A stretch of DNA of 64,000 bases, taken from the NCBI GenBank assembly GCA_028826165.1, contig JAPDFW010000103.1:434001-498000 (forward strand), written 5' to 3'. Of this stretch, positions 42,001-55,996 are shown one piece after another. The position numbers were made by a program, and so were the translations under genes. The notes under the pieces are model-generated. The model saw only the letters and a list, made by a program, of their open reading frames with translations. It was not told the DNA's origin and ran no database searches. The DNA comes from Anaeramoeba ignava BMAN. Its lineage: Eukaryota > Protista > Anaeramoebae. Within the stretch, counting starts at the first letter, position 1. Each line of letters opens with the position of its first letter.

Positions 42001-45000
42001 ATTCAAAAATCAAATCCAAATCAAAATTTAATTCAAATTCAAATTCAAATTCAAATTCAAATCCAATTCAAATTCAAATCAAAATTTAATTCAAAAATCT
42101 AATTCAAATCAAATTCAAAAATCAAATTCAAATTCAAAAATCAAATTCAAATTCAAATTCAAATTCAAATTCAAATTCAAAAATCAAATTCAAATTCAAA
42201 TTCAAATTCAAATCCAAAATCAAAATAAAAATAAAAATTTAATTCAAATTCAAATCAAAATTTAATTCAAATCAAAATTTAATTCAAAAATTTAATTCAA
42301 ATTCAATTTCAAAAATAAAATAAGTATTCATATCTCGCATATCCAGATTCAGAACCATTTTATCAAGTTTTTATAATTCCCCTCCGATTTTTTCTATTGA
42401 TGAGTTATATGATTCCCATTTCTTTAAAAGTCACACTTGATATTTGCAAATATTTTTATGCACTTTTTATTAATTGGGATCTTTCTCTCTGGGATTCAGA
42501 AAGAAATATTCCTGCAAATGCAGCAAATACAGCAATAAGTGAAGATTTGGGACAGATTGAATATATATTCTCTGATAAAACTGGTACACTTACTGAAAAT
42601 ATCATGATGTTAAAGCAGTGCTCAATTAATGGTTTTGTTTATGGAAAAGCAACATTAGAAGATGATCCAAAAATTCAAAGATTTATCAAGAATAACGATC
42701 AATATATTAATCGAGGAAAAAATTATGAGATTTCAATATATAGTTCAACAACTAGTGATTTGAATGATTTAGATAATAATTTGAATGATTTAGATAATGA
42801 TTTGAATGATTTAGATAATGATTTGAATGATTTAGATAATGATTTGAATGATTTAGATAATAATTTGAATGATTTAGATAATAATTTCAATGATTTAGAT
42901 AATAATTTCAATCAAAATATCATTCAAAATGTTGATTCAATCAATTCTTCAAAAATTGACCAAGATCCATTTCTTTTTTTCCAATTTTTCCGAATTCTTG
43001 CTTTATGTAACACAGTAATTCCTCACGAAAAGTATTCATTCAAAAATTTACTTCACATTTCAAAATAACATTTCAAAATAATTTTTCATTTTTCATTTTT
43101 AATTTTTTTTTTCACAAATTTAGTTCTGATAATAATTTAATCACTTATCGTTCAAATTCTCCAGATGAATATGCACTTGTTACATCTGCAAATTCACTTG
43201 GATTTTCTTTAAAATTTCGTGATTCTGATAATATTGAATTAAATATTCAAGGAAAACCTGAAAATTATGAGATTATTCAATTATTGAGATTTACAAGCGA
43301 AAGAAAAAGGATGTCAATTTTACTTCGGAATCGAAATACAAACAAGATTTATTTATTTACAAAAGGAGCAGATGAAGTTATTCTTCCTCGTCTTCTTGAA
43401 GGTAAAAAAAAAAAAGTGGAACAAAAAAAAAAGCAAAAAAAAAGTGGAATAAAAAAAAAATTTTTTTCTTTCAAAAGGACAAAAACTTGAAACATCTCTT
43501 GCACATCTTGATTCTTTTGCCCAATCAGGATTAAGAACTCTTTGCTGTGCTTATCGAGAGTTAAGTAATATGGAACTGAGATCATTTCTTCAATCATATA
43601 AACAAGCAAATGTACAAATTGAATCGAGAGATGAATCATTAAATGAAGTTTATGAAATGATTGAAAAAAAATTAATTTTTTGTGGAATTACTGCAATTGA
43701 GGATAAACTTCAACAAGAAGTTCCTTCTACAATCAAAACATTTCGAAATATTGGAATCAAAATATGGATGTTAACTGGAGATAAATATAAAACAGCACTT
43801 CAAATTGCAACTTCATGTAATCTGATTTCTTCAGATCATAATTTAGTGAAAATTGAAGGAAAAACAAATTCAGAAATTGAAGAGTCAATTATTCAAGGAA
43901 TTAAAATAAATCAAAGGGAATTAACTCATAAACAATTTGATGTTATTATTGAAGGAAATATTCTTGATATTGTTCTTGAATTTTTTTCTCAGTCTTTTTT
44001 AGAATTAACTTTGAAAGCAAGTTCCGTTATTTGTTGCAGAACAACTCCTCATCAAAAGGCACTTGTAGTGAAATTAGTGAAAAGTACTGGAGTAATGACT
44101 TTAGCTATTGGTGATGGAGGAAATGATGTTTCCATGATCAATGTATTTAAAAATTAAAATTAAAATCAAAATTAAAATTAAAATTAAAATTAAAATTAAA
44201 ATCAAAATCAAAATCAAAATCAAAATCAAAATTAAAATTAAAATCAAAATCAAAATTTAAATCAAAAATTAAAATCAAAATTAAAATCAAAATCAAAATC
44301 AAAATCAAAATCAAAATCAAAATCAAAATCAAAATTAAAATTAAAATTAAAATTAAAATTAAAAATTAAAATCAAAATCAAAATCAAAATCAAAATCAAA
44401 AATCAAAATCAAAATCAAAATCAAAATCAAAATCAAAATCAAAATCAAAATCAAAATCAAAATCAAAATCAAAATCAAAATTAAAATCAAAATCAAAATC
44501 AAAATCAAAATCAAAATTAAAATCAAAATCAAAATTAAAAATCAAAATCAAAATTAAAATCAAAATTTAAATCAAAATCAAAATCAAAATTAAAAATCAA
44601 AATCAAAAATCAAAATCAAAATCAAAATTAAAATTAAAATTAAAATCAAAAATTAAAATCAAAATCAAAATCAAAATTAAATTTTTATAAAATAAAAATC
44701 AAAAATTAAAATTAAAATTAAAATCAAAATTAAAATCAATTATATAAAATTTAAAATCAAAATTAAAATCAAAATTAAAATTAAAATTAAAATTAAAATC
44801 AAAATCAAAAATCAAGTTCAATAATAAAATAAAAAATCAAAATCAAAAAATCAAAATCAAAAAAATTAAAATCAATATTGAAAAATCAAAATTAAAATCA
44901 AAATCAAAATTAAAAATCAAAATCAACTTTTTTAAATCAAAAATTAAATTTTAATTCGAAAAATCAAAATTCAAATTTTTCAAAAAAAATTAAAATCAAA

Positions 45001-46356
45001 ATTAAAATCAAAATCAAAATCAAAATCAAAATTATCAAAATTAAAATCAAAATTAAAATCAAAATTAAAATTAAAATCAAAATCAAAATTAAAATTAAAA
45101 TTTAAATCAAAATCAAAATTAAAATCAAAATCAAAATCAAAATTTAAATCAATATCAAAATTAAAATTTAAAATTTAATTCAGGAAGCTCATGTAGGTGT
45201 TGGTATCGTTGGCAGAGAAGGACTTCAAGCATCTAGAGCTGCAGATTATTCAATTTCACAATTTAAATTTCTCAAAAGACTCTTACTTATTCATGGAAGA
45301 TTATCAAATTACAGAACATCATTAATAGCACAATATTCATTTTACAAAAACATCTTGTTCTGTTTTATCCAAATTTTATTCTCATTTTGGTCTGGTTTTT
45401 CTGGATCATCATTTTTCAGTAGTTATTCAGTTACAGGATACAATGCAATATTTACAGCTTTTCCAGTTTTTGTTTTCATTTTGGAACAAGATGTTACATC
45501 AGATAGTGTTTATTTAAATTCCTATTTATATCACGATAGTCAAAGTGGGAGATTTTATAATAAAAGAACCGTTTTTTGGTGGATTATTCGCGCACTATAT
45601 CAAGCATTTGTAATCATGCTTTTCTCAGTTTTTGTTTATCAAAAATATGCCAATCCACATGATCTCAGTGGTGCAGATCAATTAACAGCAAGTATATCTG
45701 CATACACCTTATTGATTATAGTTCAAACACTGACAATTTGTTTTGAATCCAAATTTTTCACCTTTTATCATTCACTTATAATTTCAATTATTCTTATCGT
45801 TTACTATCTTCTTACCACAATTGTGAATCTTTTCCCCAACAATCAACTGTATAACATTTTCTTCCGAATGTTTCAAGATCCTGTTCACTGGCTCTTTTTA
45901 TTTCTTGGTAGTTTTATTGCATTAGCACCTGTGATATTTATTAAATACTGGCTTTTCCAATATTCTCCAACAAGATCCGATTTTGTTCGTTTTACAGAAA
46001 TCTCTAAAAAAAAGCATGGTCAACCAGTCAATTTAGCAGATCGCCAACAAATTGAAACTTTTGATTTGGATTATTCGTTCAAAATTGCACCTTCTTATTC
46101 AAGTGCTGATTTTGCTGATTTTGGATTTTGTAGTCCTTGTTTTGATTGTTTTGATTGTCGTAAAGATTATCATAGTCTTGTTCCTAGCGATTCCTTATCA
46201 AATCTTGCAAGTATTCAACCTAGAAATAGATCTGAAAAGAAAAATAAATTTTGTTATAAAAAATCCAAAAACAAAATTGATGAGAAAATCACTTTACCTA
46301 TTTTACAAACTGATTCAGTTGAAAGTTTAAGTTTTAGTGATTTTGAAAATAAATAA
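39079..46356 (+). CDS. P4-ATPase phospholipid flippase (ALA2-like), multi-exon
   Basis: KYTLINFLPKNLFEQF, DGETDLK, IPISLKV, phosphorylation motif DKTGTLT, SPDE, KGAD, LTGDK, AIGDGGND, GREGLQASRAAD; C-terminal TM region. Confidence 0.93.
39490..40930. repeat. Intronic 12-mer repeat ATTGATTTAAAT
   Basis: More than 100 degenerate units. Confidence 0.9.
41750..42310. repeat. Intronic hexamer repeat AAATTC/AAATCC
   Basis: Directly visible. Confidence 0.85.
44150..45175. repeat. Intronic hexamer repeat AAAATC/AAAATT
   Basis: Directly visible. Confidence 0.85.
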
Positions 46357-46421
46357 GTTTTTTTTTTCTCAATTCAATTCAATTCATTTTTTTCATTTTA
46401 TTTCATTTCTTTTTTTTTTTT

Positions 46422-48419
46422 ATGAATTTATTTATTTATCAATTTTGTCAAAAAAAAGAAGATCAAGAAACTAATCCTATTTATTTGACTCAAATGTCTT
46501 TTTCTTCTTTTTATGAAGAAATGAAGAAAAAATTCCCAGATATTCCTTTACAAAATTGGGTTAAAAGAAGTCAATCAAACACAACTTTTCCAGTAGTTTT
46601 TCGAATTTCAGTTAAAAAATTTTATGAAGAAAATGAAAGAAATAAAGAAAATGTAAATTAAAATTCATTTATAAAATTAAAATTCATTTATAAAATTAAA
46701 ATTCATTTATAAAATTAAAATTCATTTATAAAATTAAAATTATTTTATAAAAAGTATTTTGAGAAACTTCCAAAAAAAATTAAATCTGAACTTTTTAAAT
46801 TTGAAAAACCAAATCAAATGAAATTTTATGGAAATTGTCCAAATAGAATTGGTGAATCAAAAAATGAACTTAGAAGTTTGGAAGTTATTTATTATGGATT
46901 TGTTTCAATTGAAGAAAATTTAAATCAAAATCAAAATCAAAATCAAAATCAAAATTTAAATTCAAATCAAAATCAAAATTTAAATCAAAATCAAAATCAA
47001 AATGAAAATGAAAATGAAAATCAAAATCAAAATCAAAATCAAAATCAAAATCAAAATCAAAATCAAAATCAAAATCAAAATCAAAATGAAAATGAAAATG
47101 AAAATCAAAATTCAAATCAAAATCAAAATCAAAATCAAAATCAAAATCAAAATCAAAATCAAAATCAAAATCAAAATTCAAATCAAAATCAAAATCAAAA
47201 TCAAAATCAAAATTTAAATCAAAATCAAAATATGACTTTTATTGTTAAAGAACGTGGAAATTTTACTTTAAATTCACTTCAACACATGACTTTAAGTATT
47301 AAATCTAAAAATAGAGAAATAGAACAAATGATCCTTGATTATGAAAAAAAAGAACCAAAAAATTTCTCAACTGGATCACCTTTATTAATGTTTTTTAATG
47401 GCATAACAACTGCTCAATTTAGTGGAGGATTTCGTTTAATTTATGAAGCATTTTTTCCTGAAGAATTTCCTATTGAAAAAGTTCGGAAATTAACTCTTTT
47501 AATTCACAAACAAAATGAATCACTTGAACTTTTATCACCAATAGTATATGAATTTTTAACAGAAGAAAAAATGCAACCTTTCTTAGAAAATTTGCAAGAC
47601 ATTTTCCAAAAATCACAAATATCTGTGATTCAACTTTTTCAATCATTTCCAACTTTCCAAATTTGTCAAGATTTTCTTGGATTATTCCAAAATCAAGAAT
47701 TAACAAATATTCAAATTTCTGTTAAAGATGGAATAGTATCTGCTCATCAAGAAATTCTCAAATTGAGATTAGAATCATATTATGAAAAAACTATAAAAAC
47801 ATTGAAAAAATTTACTAAATTTGAAGCAGAAAATTTTTTGGGTCATTTTGTTTATTCAGGAATTGATGTTGATTTGATTCCTGATGGGATTTTTTATAAG
47901 GAAATTTATAGATCCCAGCCTTTCTATTCAAATTTTGGTTATAATTATCTTTCTAAAGAGCAATATCAAGCAATACTTGATTTAGTTAAAGAAATTGGAT
48001 TTGATTCTGATTGGATCAAAAGAAAAAAAGGAAGATCAGGAATTTTGAAAGATTTAAACTTGCTTTATTCAAATGAAAGTAATAAAGATTTCACATTAAT
48101 TTCGAATGGAGTTTCTATTAAAGCCCATAAGATTATTTTGTTTGCTCGAAGTAATTTATTTCGAGGAATGTTTTTATCAGTTAATGATTCAAGTGATTTG
48201 GTTCATGATTTAAGTTCAAAATCAAGTGATTCAATTTCAGCTTTGATTCGATATATTTATTTGGATGAATTTGATTCATCAAGTTTGAATATTGATCAAA
48301 TTTTTGAATTGGAAGATTTGGTTGAATATTATCAACTTGGGTTTTCTTCTTTGAATTCACCAGTTGATTCTTTTAATTTTAGGTTAAAGAAATGTTTAAA
48401 ACAAATTAAGGAAAAATAA
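46422..48419 (+). CDS. BTB/POZ domain protein with NQ tract; exons 46422..46652 and 46755..48419
   Basis: Phase-0 intron 46653..46754 joins the ORFs; C-terminal BTB KDFTL..IKAHKIILFARSNLFRGMF..YIY, preceded by a degenerate BTB (SAHQEILKLR). Confidence 0.8.
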
Positions 48420-49310
48420 TAATTTTAATAATAAATTTAATAATCAATTTAATAATAAATTTAATAATAAATTTAATAATAATTTAATAATAATTTTAAT
48501 AATAATTTTAATAATAATTTTAATAATAATTTAATAATAATTTTAATAATAATTTTAATAATAAATTTAATAATAATTTTAATAATTTTAATAATAATTT
48601 TAATAATAATTTTAATAATAATTTTAATAATAAATTTATTAATAATTTTAATAATTAATTTAATAATAATTTAATAATAATTTTAATAATAATTTTTAAT
48701 TATAATTTTAATAATAAATTTTAATAATAAATTTAATAATAATTTTAATAATAATTTTTAATAATAATTATAATAATAAATTTAATAATAATTTTAATAA
48801 TAATTTTAATAATAATTTTAATAATAATTTTAATAATAAATTTAATAATAATTTTTATTTATAATTTTAATAATAATTTTAATAATAAATTTAATAATAA
48901 TTTTAATAATAAATTTAATACTAAATTTTAATAATAATTTTAATAATAAATTTAATAATAAATTTAATAATAATTTTAATAATAATTTTAATAATAATTT
49001 AATAATAATTTTAATATTAAATTTAATAATAAATTTAATAATAAATTAAATAATAAATTTAATAATAAATTTAATAATAAATTTAATAATAATTTAATAA
49101 TAAATTTAATAATAAATTTTAATAATAAATTTTAATAATAATTTTAATAATAATTTTAATAATAAATTTAATAATAAATTTAATAATAATTTTAATAATA
49201 ATTTTAATAATAATTTTAATAATAATTTTAATAATAATTTTAATAATAAATTTAATAATAATTTTAATAATAATTTTAATAATAAATTTAATAATTTAAT
49301 AAATTTAATA
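48420..49310. repeat. TAATAA(A/T)TTTAA 11-12-mer intergenic repeat
   Basis: Nearly pure A/T tandem units. Confidence 0.9.
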
Positions 49311-49408
49311 ATCTTATTAATAAAAAAAATTCTTTTTGAAAATTTTTTTTTTTTCATTTTTTTCATTTTTTTTTTCTTAATAATTCTCATAAATATTTTT
49401 TTAGTTTT

Positions 49409-52400
49409 ATGAAAGATAATCAAAACCAAAAATATGAAAAATTATTAGAATCAACAGATTCTGATTTTGATTTAAATTGTTTTACTGAAGAAAAGCAATT
49501 GAATTCAAAAGCGAAAGAAAAATCAAGAAAACCTGAAGAAGTTTACAAATTCAACATAAAATTTATCAAGAGATTTTTCCAATTAATATATTATATAAAT
49601 AAACCAAGATCATATTTAAAAATAGTATTGATTTTCTTACTTCTTGGTGCTTCATTAGGAAATCAAATATTAGGATATCATGTTGGAAAACTAGCTTCAA
49701 ATTATTATGAGGTTTTGCTTGATAAAGATTTGTCTCAATTTAAACATTTGATTTTATTATCTTTTTGGATGGTTTTTGCTATCGCAATTATTCTTGTTCT
49801 TCAAACTTTTTTTGCTGAGATTTTGGCTGTTGTTTGGAGACAAAAATTAACTTCTCAACTTCAAGAAGAAATGCTAATTAATAGAAGAGCTTATCAAATT
49901 ATTATTTTGGATAATAGAATCGATAACCCGTATGTTAATAATTTCTTTGTCAAGCAAAAAATATTTTTTTCTAATTTCAATTTATAATTAATTTTATAAT
50001 TAAATTCAAAATTAGATTTATAATTAATTTTCTAATTAAATATGTAATTATATTTATAATTAAATTTATAATTAAATTTACAATTAAATTTACAATTAAA
50101 TTTATAATTAAATTTATAATTAAATTTATAATTAAATTTATAATTAAATTTATAATTATATTTATAATTAAATTTATAATTAAATTTATAATTAAATTTA
50201 TAATTAAATTTATAATTAAATTTATAATTAAATTTATAATTAAATTTATAATTAAATTTATAATTAAATTTATAATTAAATTTATAATTAAATTTATAAT
50301 TAAATTTATAATTATATTTATAATTATATTTATAATTAAATTTATAATTATATTTATAATTAAATTTTAATTTATATTTATATTTATAATTAAATATGTA
50401 ATTTAAATATGTAATTAAATTTATAATTAAATTTATAATTATATTTATAATTAAATTTATAATTAAATTTATAATAAAATTTATAATTAAATTTATAATT
50501 AAATTTATAATTAAATTTATAATTAAATTTATAATTAAATTTATAATTAAATTTATAATTAAATTTATAATTAAATTTATAATTAAATTTATAATTAAAT
50601 TTATAATTAAATTTATAATTAAATTTATAATTATATTTATAATTAAATTTATAATTAAATTTATTTTTAAATTTATAATTAAATTTATAATTAAATTTAT
50701 AATTAAATTTATAATTAAATTTACAATTAAATTTATAATTAAATTTATAATTATATTTATAATTAAATTTATAATTAAATTTATAATTAAATTTATAATT
50801 ATATTTATAATTAAATTTATAATTAAATTTATAATTAAATTTATAATTAAATTTATAATTAAATTTATAATTAAATTTATAATTAAATTTATAATTAAAT
50901 TTATAATTAAATTTATAATTAAATTTATAATTAAATTTATAATTAAATTTATAATTATATTTATAATTAAATTTATAATTAAATTTATTTTATAATAAAA
51001 AATAGGGATCAACGAATAACTCAAGATGTAGATCGTTTTTCAACAACATCAACTACTGTTATGTCACAAATGATAGCAGTTCCTTTTATTATTATTTGGT
51101 ACACAATTAAATCCTTTATGGAACTTAGTTGGATTGGAATTTCTGTTTTTTATGGATTATTTCTTCTTGCTTCAATTTCAAATCAAACATTCCTTACAAA
51201 AATTGTAAATTATGTTTTTCAAAGAGAAAAATTAGAAGGAGATTTTCGATTTGCTCATGTTACAATAAGAAAAAATATTGAATCAATTACTTTATTTAGA
51301 GGAAATACATATGATAAATTAACAGTAAATGAAATTCTGCAAAATTTAATTAACATTCAAAAGAAGATTGTTTTTAGGCACATTCCCTTAAATTGTAGTA
51401 TGTATTCAAATTAAAATAATATTCAAATTAAATTAATATTCAAATTAATTAATTAATATTCAAATTAAATTAAATCAAATTAGATAATATTCAAATTAAA
51501 TAAAATTCAAATTAAATTAATATTCAAATTAAATTAATATTTAAATTAAATTAAATTAAATTAAATCAAATTAAATAATATTCAAATTAAATAAAATTCA
51601 AATTAAATTAATATTCAAATTAAATTAAATAATATTCAAATTAAATTAAATATTCAAATTAAATTAAATAATATTCAAATTAAATAATATTTAAATTAAA
51701 TTAAATAATATTCAAATTAAATAATATTTAAATTAAATTAATATTTAAATTAAATTAAATAATATTCAAATTAAATTAAATAATATTCAAATTAAATTAA
51801 ATAAAAATTCAAATTAAATTAATATTCAAATTAAATTAATATTTAAATTAAATTAAATAATATTCAAATTAAATTAAATAATATTCAAATTAAATAATAT
51901 TCAAATTAAATAATATTCAAATTAAATTAAATATTCAAATTAAATTAAATAATATTCAAATTAAATAATATTTAAATTAATTAATATTCAAATTAAATAA
52001 TATTCAAATTAATTAATATTTAAATTAAATTAATTAATATTCAAATTAAATAATATTCAAATTAAATTAAATTAAATAAAATTCAAATTAAATTAATATT
52101 CAAATTAAATTAAATAATATTCAAATTAAATAAAATTAAATTAAATTAATATTCAAATTAAAAAATTAAAATGAATTCTTCCTTCTAAATTCTTTGTTTT
52201 TTTTTATATCTTTTAGAGACCATACAAAACCAATTTTTTTATCATTTTCAAAAATTTAGTTTAATTCTTTGATTTTCAAAAATAGTTAGTGTGAATTTTT
52301 TTAATTATGTTTTTGCAATTATTGTTTATATTGTAATTGGAGTTTTAATATTTTCACATCATTTTCTGAATAACTCTTCAGATTCAGCACAAATATCTAA

Positions 52401-54396
52401 GCATATAAGCTTATCCTCATTTTATTATCTCTCACTTTGTAATGGATTTACTCAATTATTTAATTTATCAACTCAGTTATCAGAACTTGCTGGTTATGTT
52501 GGAAGAATTGCTCAATTAAGAGAAATATTGAATGAATATTCACTTAATGAACAAAGAAAAATTAAATCAGCAAATAATGATTTTTTACTTTCACTTAGCG
52601 AAAAAAGTCAAAGTTCTGAAAGTTCTGATGAAAATCCTCAAATTCCTTATCAAATTCAATCAAAAAATTCACAAATTGAAAAAAATCAAATCAAAAAAAT
52701 TCAGGAAAATTCTCTTGATTTTTCTGATTCAAGTGATTCAATATTTAATTTATTAAATGATTCTGAAAAACCTAAATATAATGATCCAATTGATAAAGAA
52801 GAAATAAATCAAAATGAAGTTCAAACATTAAATTCTAAACAAAGTAATCCTTTTCAAATTATTCGTATTAAAGAAAAAATTGAACTTCAAAATGTTGATT
52901 GTCAAACACCTGATGGTTTATTATTAATCAAAAGTAGGGAATAGAAATTCAATTAAAATTAAAATTCAATTAAAATTAAAATTCAATTAAAATTAAAATT
53001 AAAATTTAAATTAAAATTAAAATTAAAATTTAAATTAAAATTAAAATTAAAATTTAAATTAAAATTAAAATTAAAATTTAAATTAAAATTAAAATTAAAA
53101 TTTAAATTAAAATTAAAATTAAAATTAAAATTAAAATTAAAATTAAAATTAAAATTAAAATTTAAAATTAAAATTAAAATTAAAATTAAAATTAAAATTC
53201 AATTATAAAATTAAAATTAAAATTCATTTATAAAATTAAAATTAAAATTAAAATTAAAATTAAAATTAAAATTAAAATTCATTTATAAAATTAAAATTAA
53301 AATTAAAATTAAAATTAAAATTAAAATTAAAATTAAAAATAAAATCAAAATTAAATAAAATTAAAATTAAAATTCAATTATAAAATTAAAATTTAAAATT
53401 AAAAATTAAAATTAAAATTCATTTATAAAATTAAAATTAAAATTAAAATTAAAATTAAAATTCATTTATAAAATTAAAATTAAAATTAAAAATTAAAATT
53501 AAAATTAAAATTAAAATTAAATTTAAATTTAAAATTAAAATCAAAATTAAAATTCATTTATAAAATTAAATAAAATTAAAATTTAAAATAAAATTAAATT
53601 TAAATTAAAAATTAAAATTAAAATTAAAATTAAAATTAAAATTAAAATTAATTTATAAAATTAAAATTCATTTATAAAATTAAAATTCATTTATAAAATT
53701 AAAAATAAAATTCATTTATAAAATTAAAATTAAAATTAAAATTAAAATTAAATTTAAAATTAAATTTAAAATTAAGGATTGAGTTTTACTGTTTCATCAC
53801 CAGATAATACATTATTAATAACAGGACCAAGTGGATGTGGAAAATCATCATTAATTCGAATTATTGGAGGATTATGGAAACCCAAATCAGGAAAAATATC
53901 ACGACCAAAAATCAATTACAAAAATCTTATGGTTCTTTCACAAATATCATATATTCCATATGGATCAATAAGAGATCAAGTTAGCTATCCAATCAAGTTA
54001 GAATCTGATGATTTTAAATACAATCATCATATATGCAAAATATTGCATAAAGTAAAACTGTTTCATATTATAAAAAGACATTGTAATGGAAGAACAGAAG
54101 AAGAAATCAATAAAGCTTTGAATCACATTTCAAATTGGGATTCTCAACTTTCTCCTGGTGAAAAACAAAGACTTTCATTGGCAAGAGCTATTTTTCATCG
54201 TCCTCTTTTTCTTATTTTGGATGAGTCAACTTCCGCTATTGATTCTTTAACTGAAACTCAAATTTATAATCAGTTTATTAAACTTAAAATTCCTTTCATT
54301 TCAATTGGTCATAATGAATCTCTTAGACAATTTCATAGAAGAAATCTTATTATTCATTCTGATCATTCTTGGGAAATTGTTGATCTTTTGAAATAA
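49409..54396 (+). CDS. ABCD-family half transporter, ABCD4-like, 4 exons
   Basis: IDNP|DQRITQDV, EGDFRFAH..ESI (EAA-like motif), Walker A GPSGCGKSS, signature LSPGEKQRL, Walker B ILDESTSA, ISIGH. Confidence 0.9.
50035..50990. repeat. Intronic 12-mer repeat TTTATAATTAAA
   Basis: About 80 highly homogeneous units in intron 49930..51005. Confidence 0.93.
51410..52160. repeat. Intronic repeat AATATTCAAATTAAATT-type
   Basis: Directly visible. Confidence 0.85.
52950..53770. repeat. Intronic AAAATT hexamer repeat with interspersed TTCATTTATA
   Basis: Directly visible. Confidence 0.85.
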
Positions 54397-54705
54397 ATTT
54401 TAATTTTAATTTTAATTTTTTTCTTTTTGAATTTAATTAAAAAATTTTTATCCGATTTCAATTCAATTTTTATCCGATTTTAATTTAATTTTGATTTTAT
54501 TTTAATTTTTATTTTAATTTTAATTTTAATTTTATTTTAATTTTAATTTAATTTTAATTTTTAAAACTTCGTTAACTAACCGTTGAAATTAAAATTAAAA
54601 TAAAAATTAATTAAAAAAAAAAATTTTTTTTTCATTTTTCATTTTTCTTTTTCTTCTTCTTTTTCTTTTTTAAATTATTTTAATTTTTTTTACATTTCTA
54701 AATAA

Positions 54706-55194
54706 ATGGGAAATTCTGAACAAATTGAAAATAATGAAGAAATTAATTCAAAAAATCAAATTTCCATAATAGAACCAAATTCAAATCCAAATTCAAATCT
54801 AAATTCAAATCCAAATCTAAATCCAATTTCAGATTTAAATTCAATTCAATTATTTGATCCAAGAAGTCCAACTCCATTTGGAAGAACACCTCTTATTAAA
54901 AAAACCTCATCAAGAATTGATGAAGAAAATTTTGAAGATGTTGAAAATTTAAGAAATAGATTTTCTTCACTTCCTTTTAAAGAAAAAAATTTTCCTTTAG
55001 AAAATCAAAATGAAAATCAATCAAAAAAAATTCATTTTAATAATTTTGTTGATAAAGAAAATTTATCAATGAATATTGAAGATTTCGTAGAAGAAAAAGT
55101 GACAGGTTTTGAAACACCTTTAGTAACACCAAATTCTTCGCCAAATTCTTCACCTTTTTCTTCACCTTTTTCTTCACCTGTTCATCATAATTAA
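54706..55194 (+). CDS. Small disordered protein with CDCA3/Tome-1-like motifs
   Basis: MG start, DPRSPTPFGRTP, KEN box (DKEN), many S/T-P sites. Confidence 0.6.
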   Translation: MGNSEQIENNEEINSKNQISIIEPNSNPNSNLNSNPNLNPISDLNSIQLFDPRSPTPFGRTPLIKKTSSRIDEENFEDVENLRNRFSSLPFKEKNFPLENQNENQSKKIHFNNFVDKENLSMNIEDFVEEKVTGFETPLVTPNSSPNSSPFSSPFSSPVHHN

Positions 55195-55309
55195 AAATCA
55201 ATAATTTTTTTTTTAAAATAAAAAGAAAAAATTTGAAAAATATTTACTTTTATTTTCATTTTTTATTTGAACAAGTAAATTTCATTTTGAATTTCATTTT
55301 GAATTCCAT

Positions 55310-55995
55310 TTTAAATTTAATATTTATTTTTAAATTGAATATTTATTTTAAATTGAATATTTATTTTAAATTGAATATTTATTTTAAATTTAATATTTAT
55401 TTTAAATTGAATATTTATTTTAAATTTAATATTTATTTTAAATTGAATATTTTATATTTAATAAATATTTTAAATTGAATTTTTATTTTGAATTGAATAT
55501 TTATTTTTGAATTGAATATTTATTTTAAATTTAATATTTATTTTAAATTGAATATTTATTTTAAATTGAATATTTATTTTAAATTGAATATTTATTTTAA
55601 ATTGAATATTTACTTTTATTTTCATTTTTATTTGAATTGAATATTTATTTTTAAATTTAATATTTATTTTAAATTGAATATTTATTTTAAATTGAATATT
55701 AATTTTAAATTGAATATTTATTTTAAATTTTAAATTAAATATTTATTTTAAATTGAATATTTTATTTTGAATTGAATATTTATTTAAAATTGAATATTTA
55801 TTTTATATTTTAAATTAAATATTTATTTTAAATTGAATATTTTATTTTAAATTGAATTTTTATTTTAAATTTAATATTTATTTTATATTTAATATTTATT
55901 TTAAATTGAATATTTATTTTAAATTGAATATTTATTTTATTTTTAAATTTAATATTTATTTTGAATATTTATTTTAAATTGAATATTTATTTTAA
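55310..55995. repeat. ~17-mer repeat AAATTGAATATTTATTTT
   Basis: Directly visible between convergent genes. Confidence 0.85.
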
Positions 55996-55996
55996 A

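Noticed and set aside
50032-51024. 330-aa LIIN/KFNY ORF on the minus strand
   Set aside because: It is the antisense reading of the 12-mer repeat inside an ABCD intron.
11770-54480. Recurrent TATCCGATTT motif (~11775, ~14955, ~15001, ~54450-54480)
   Set aside because: Too few and too short to distinguish from chance repeat variants without genome-wide counts.
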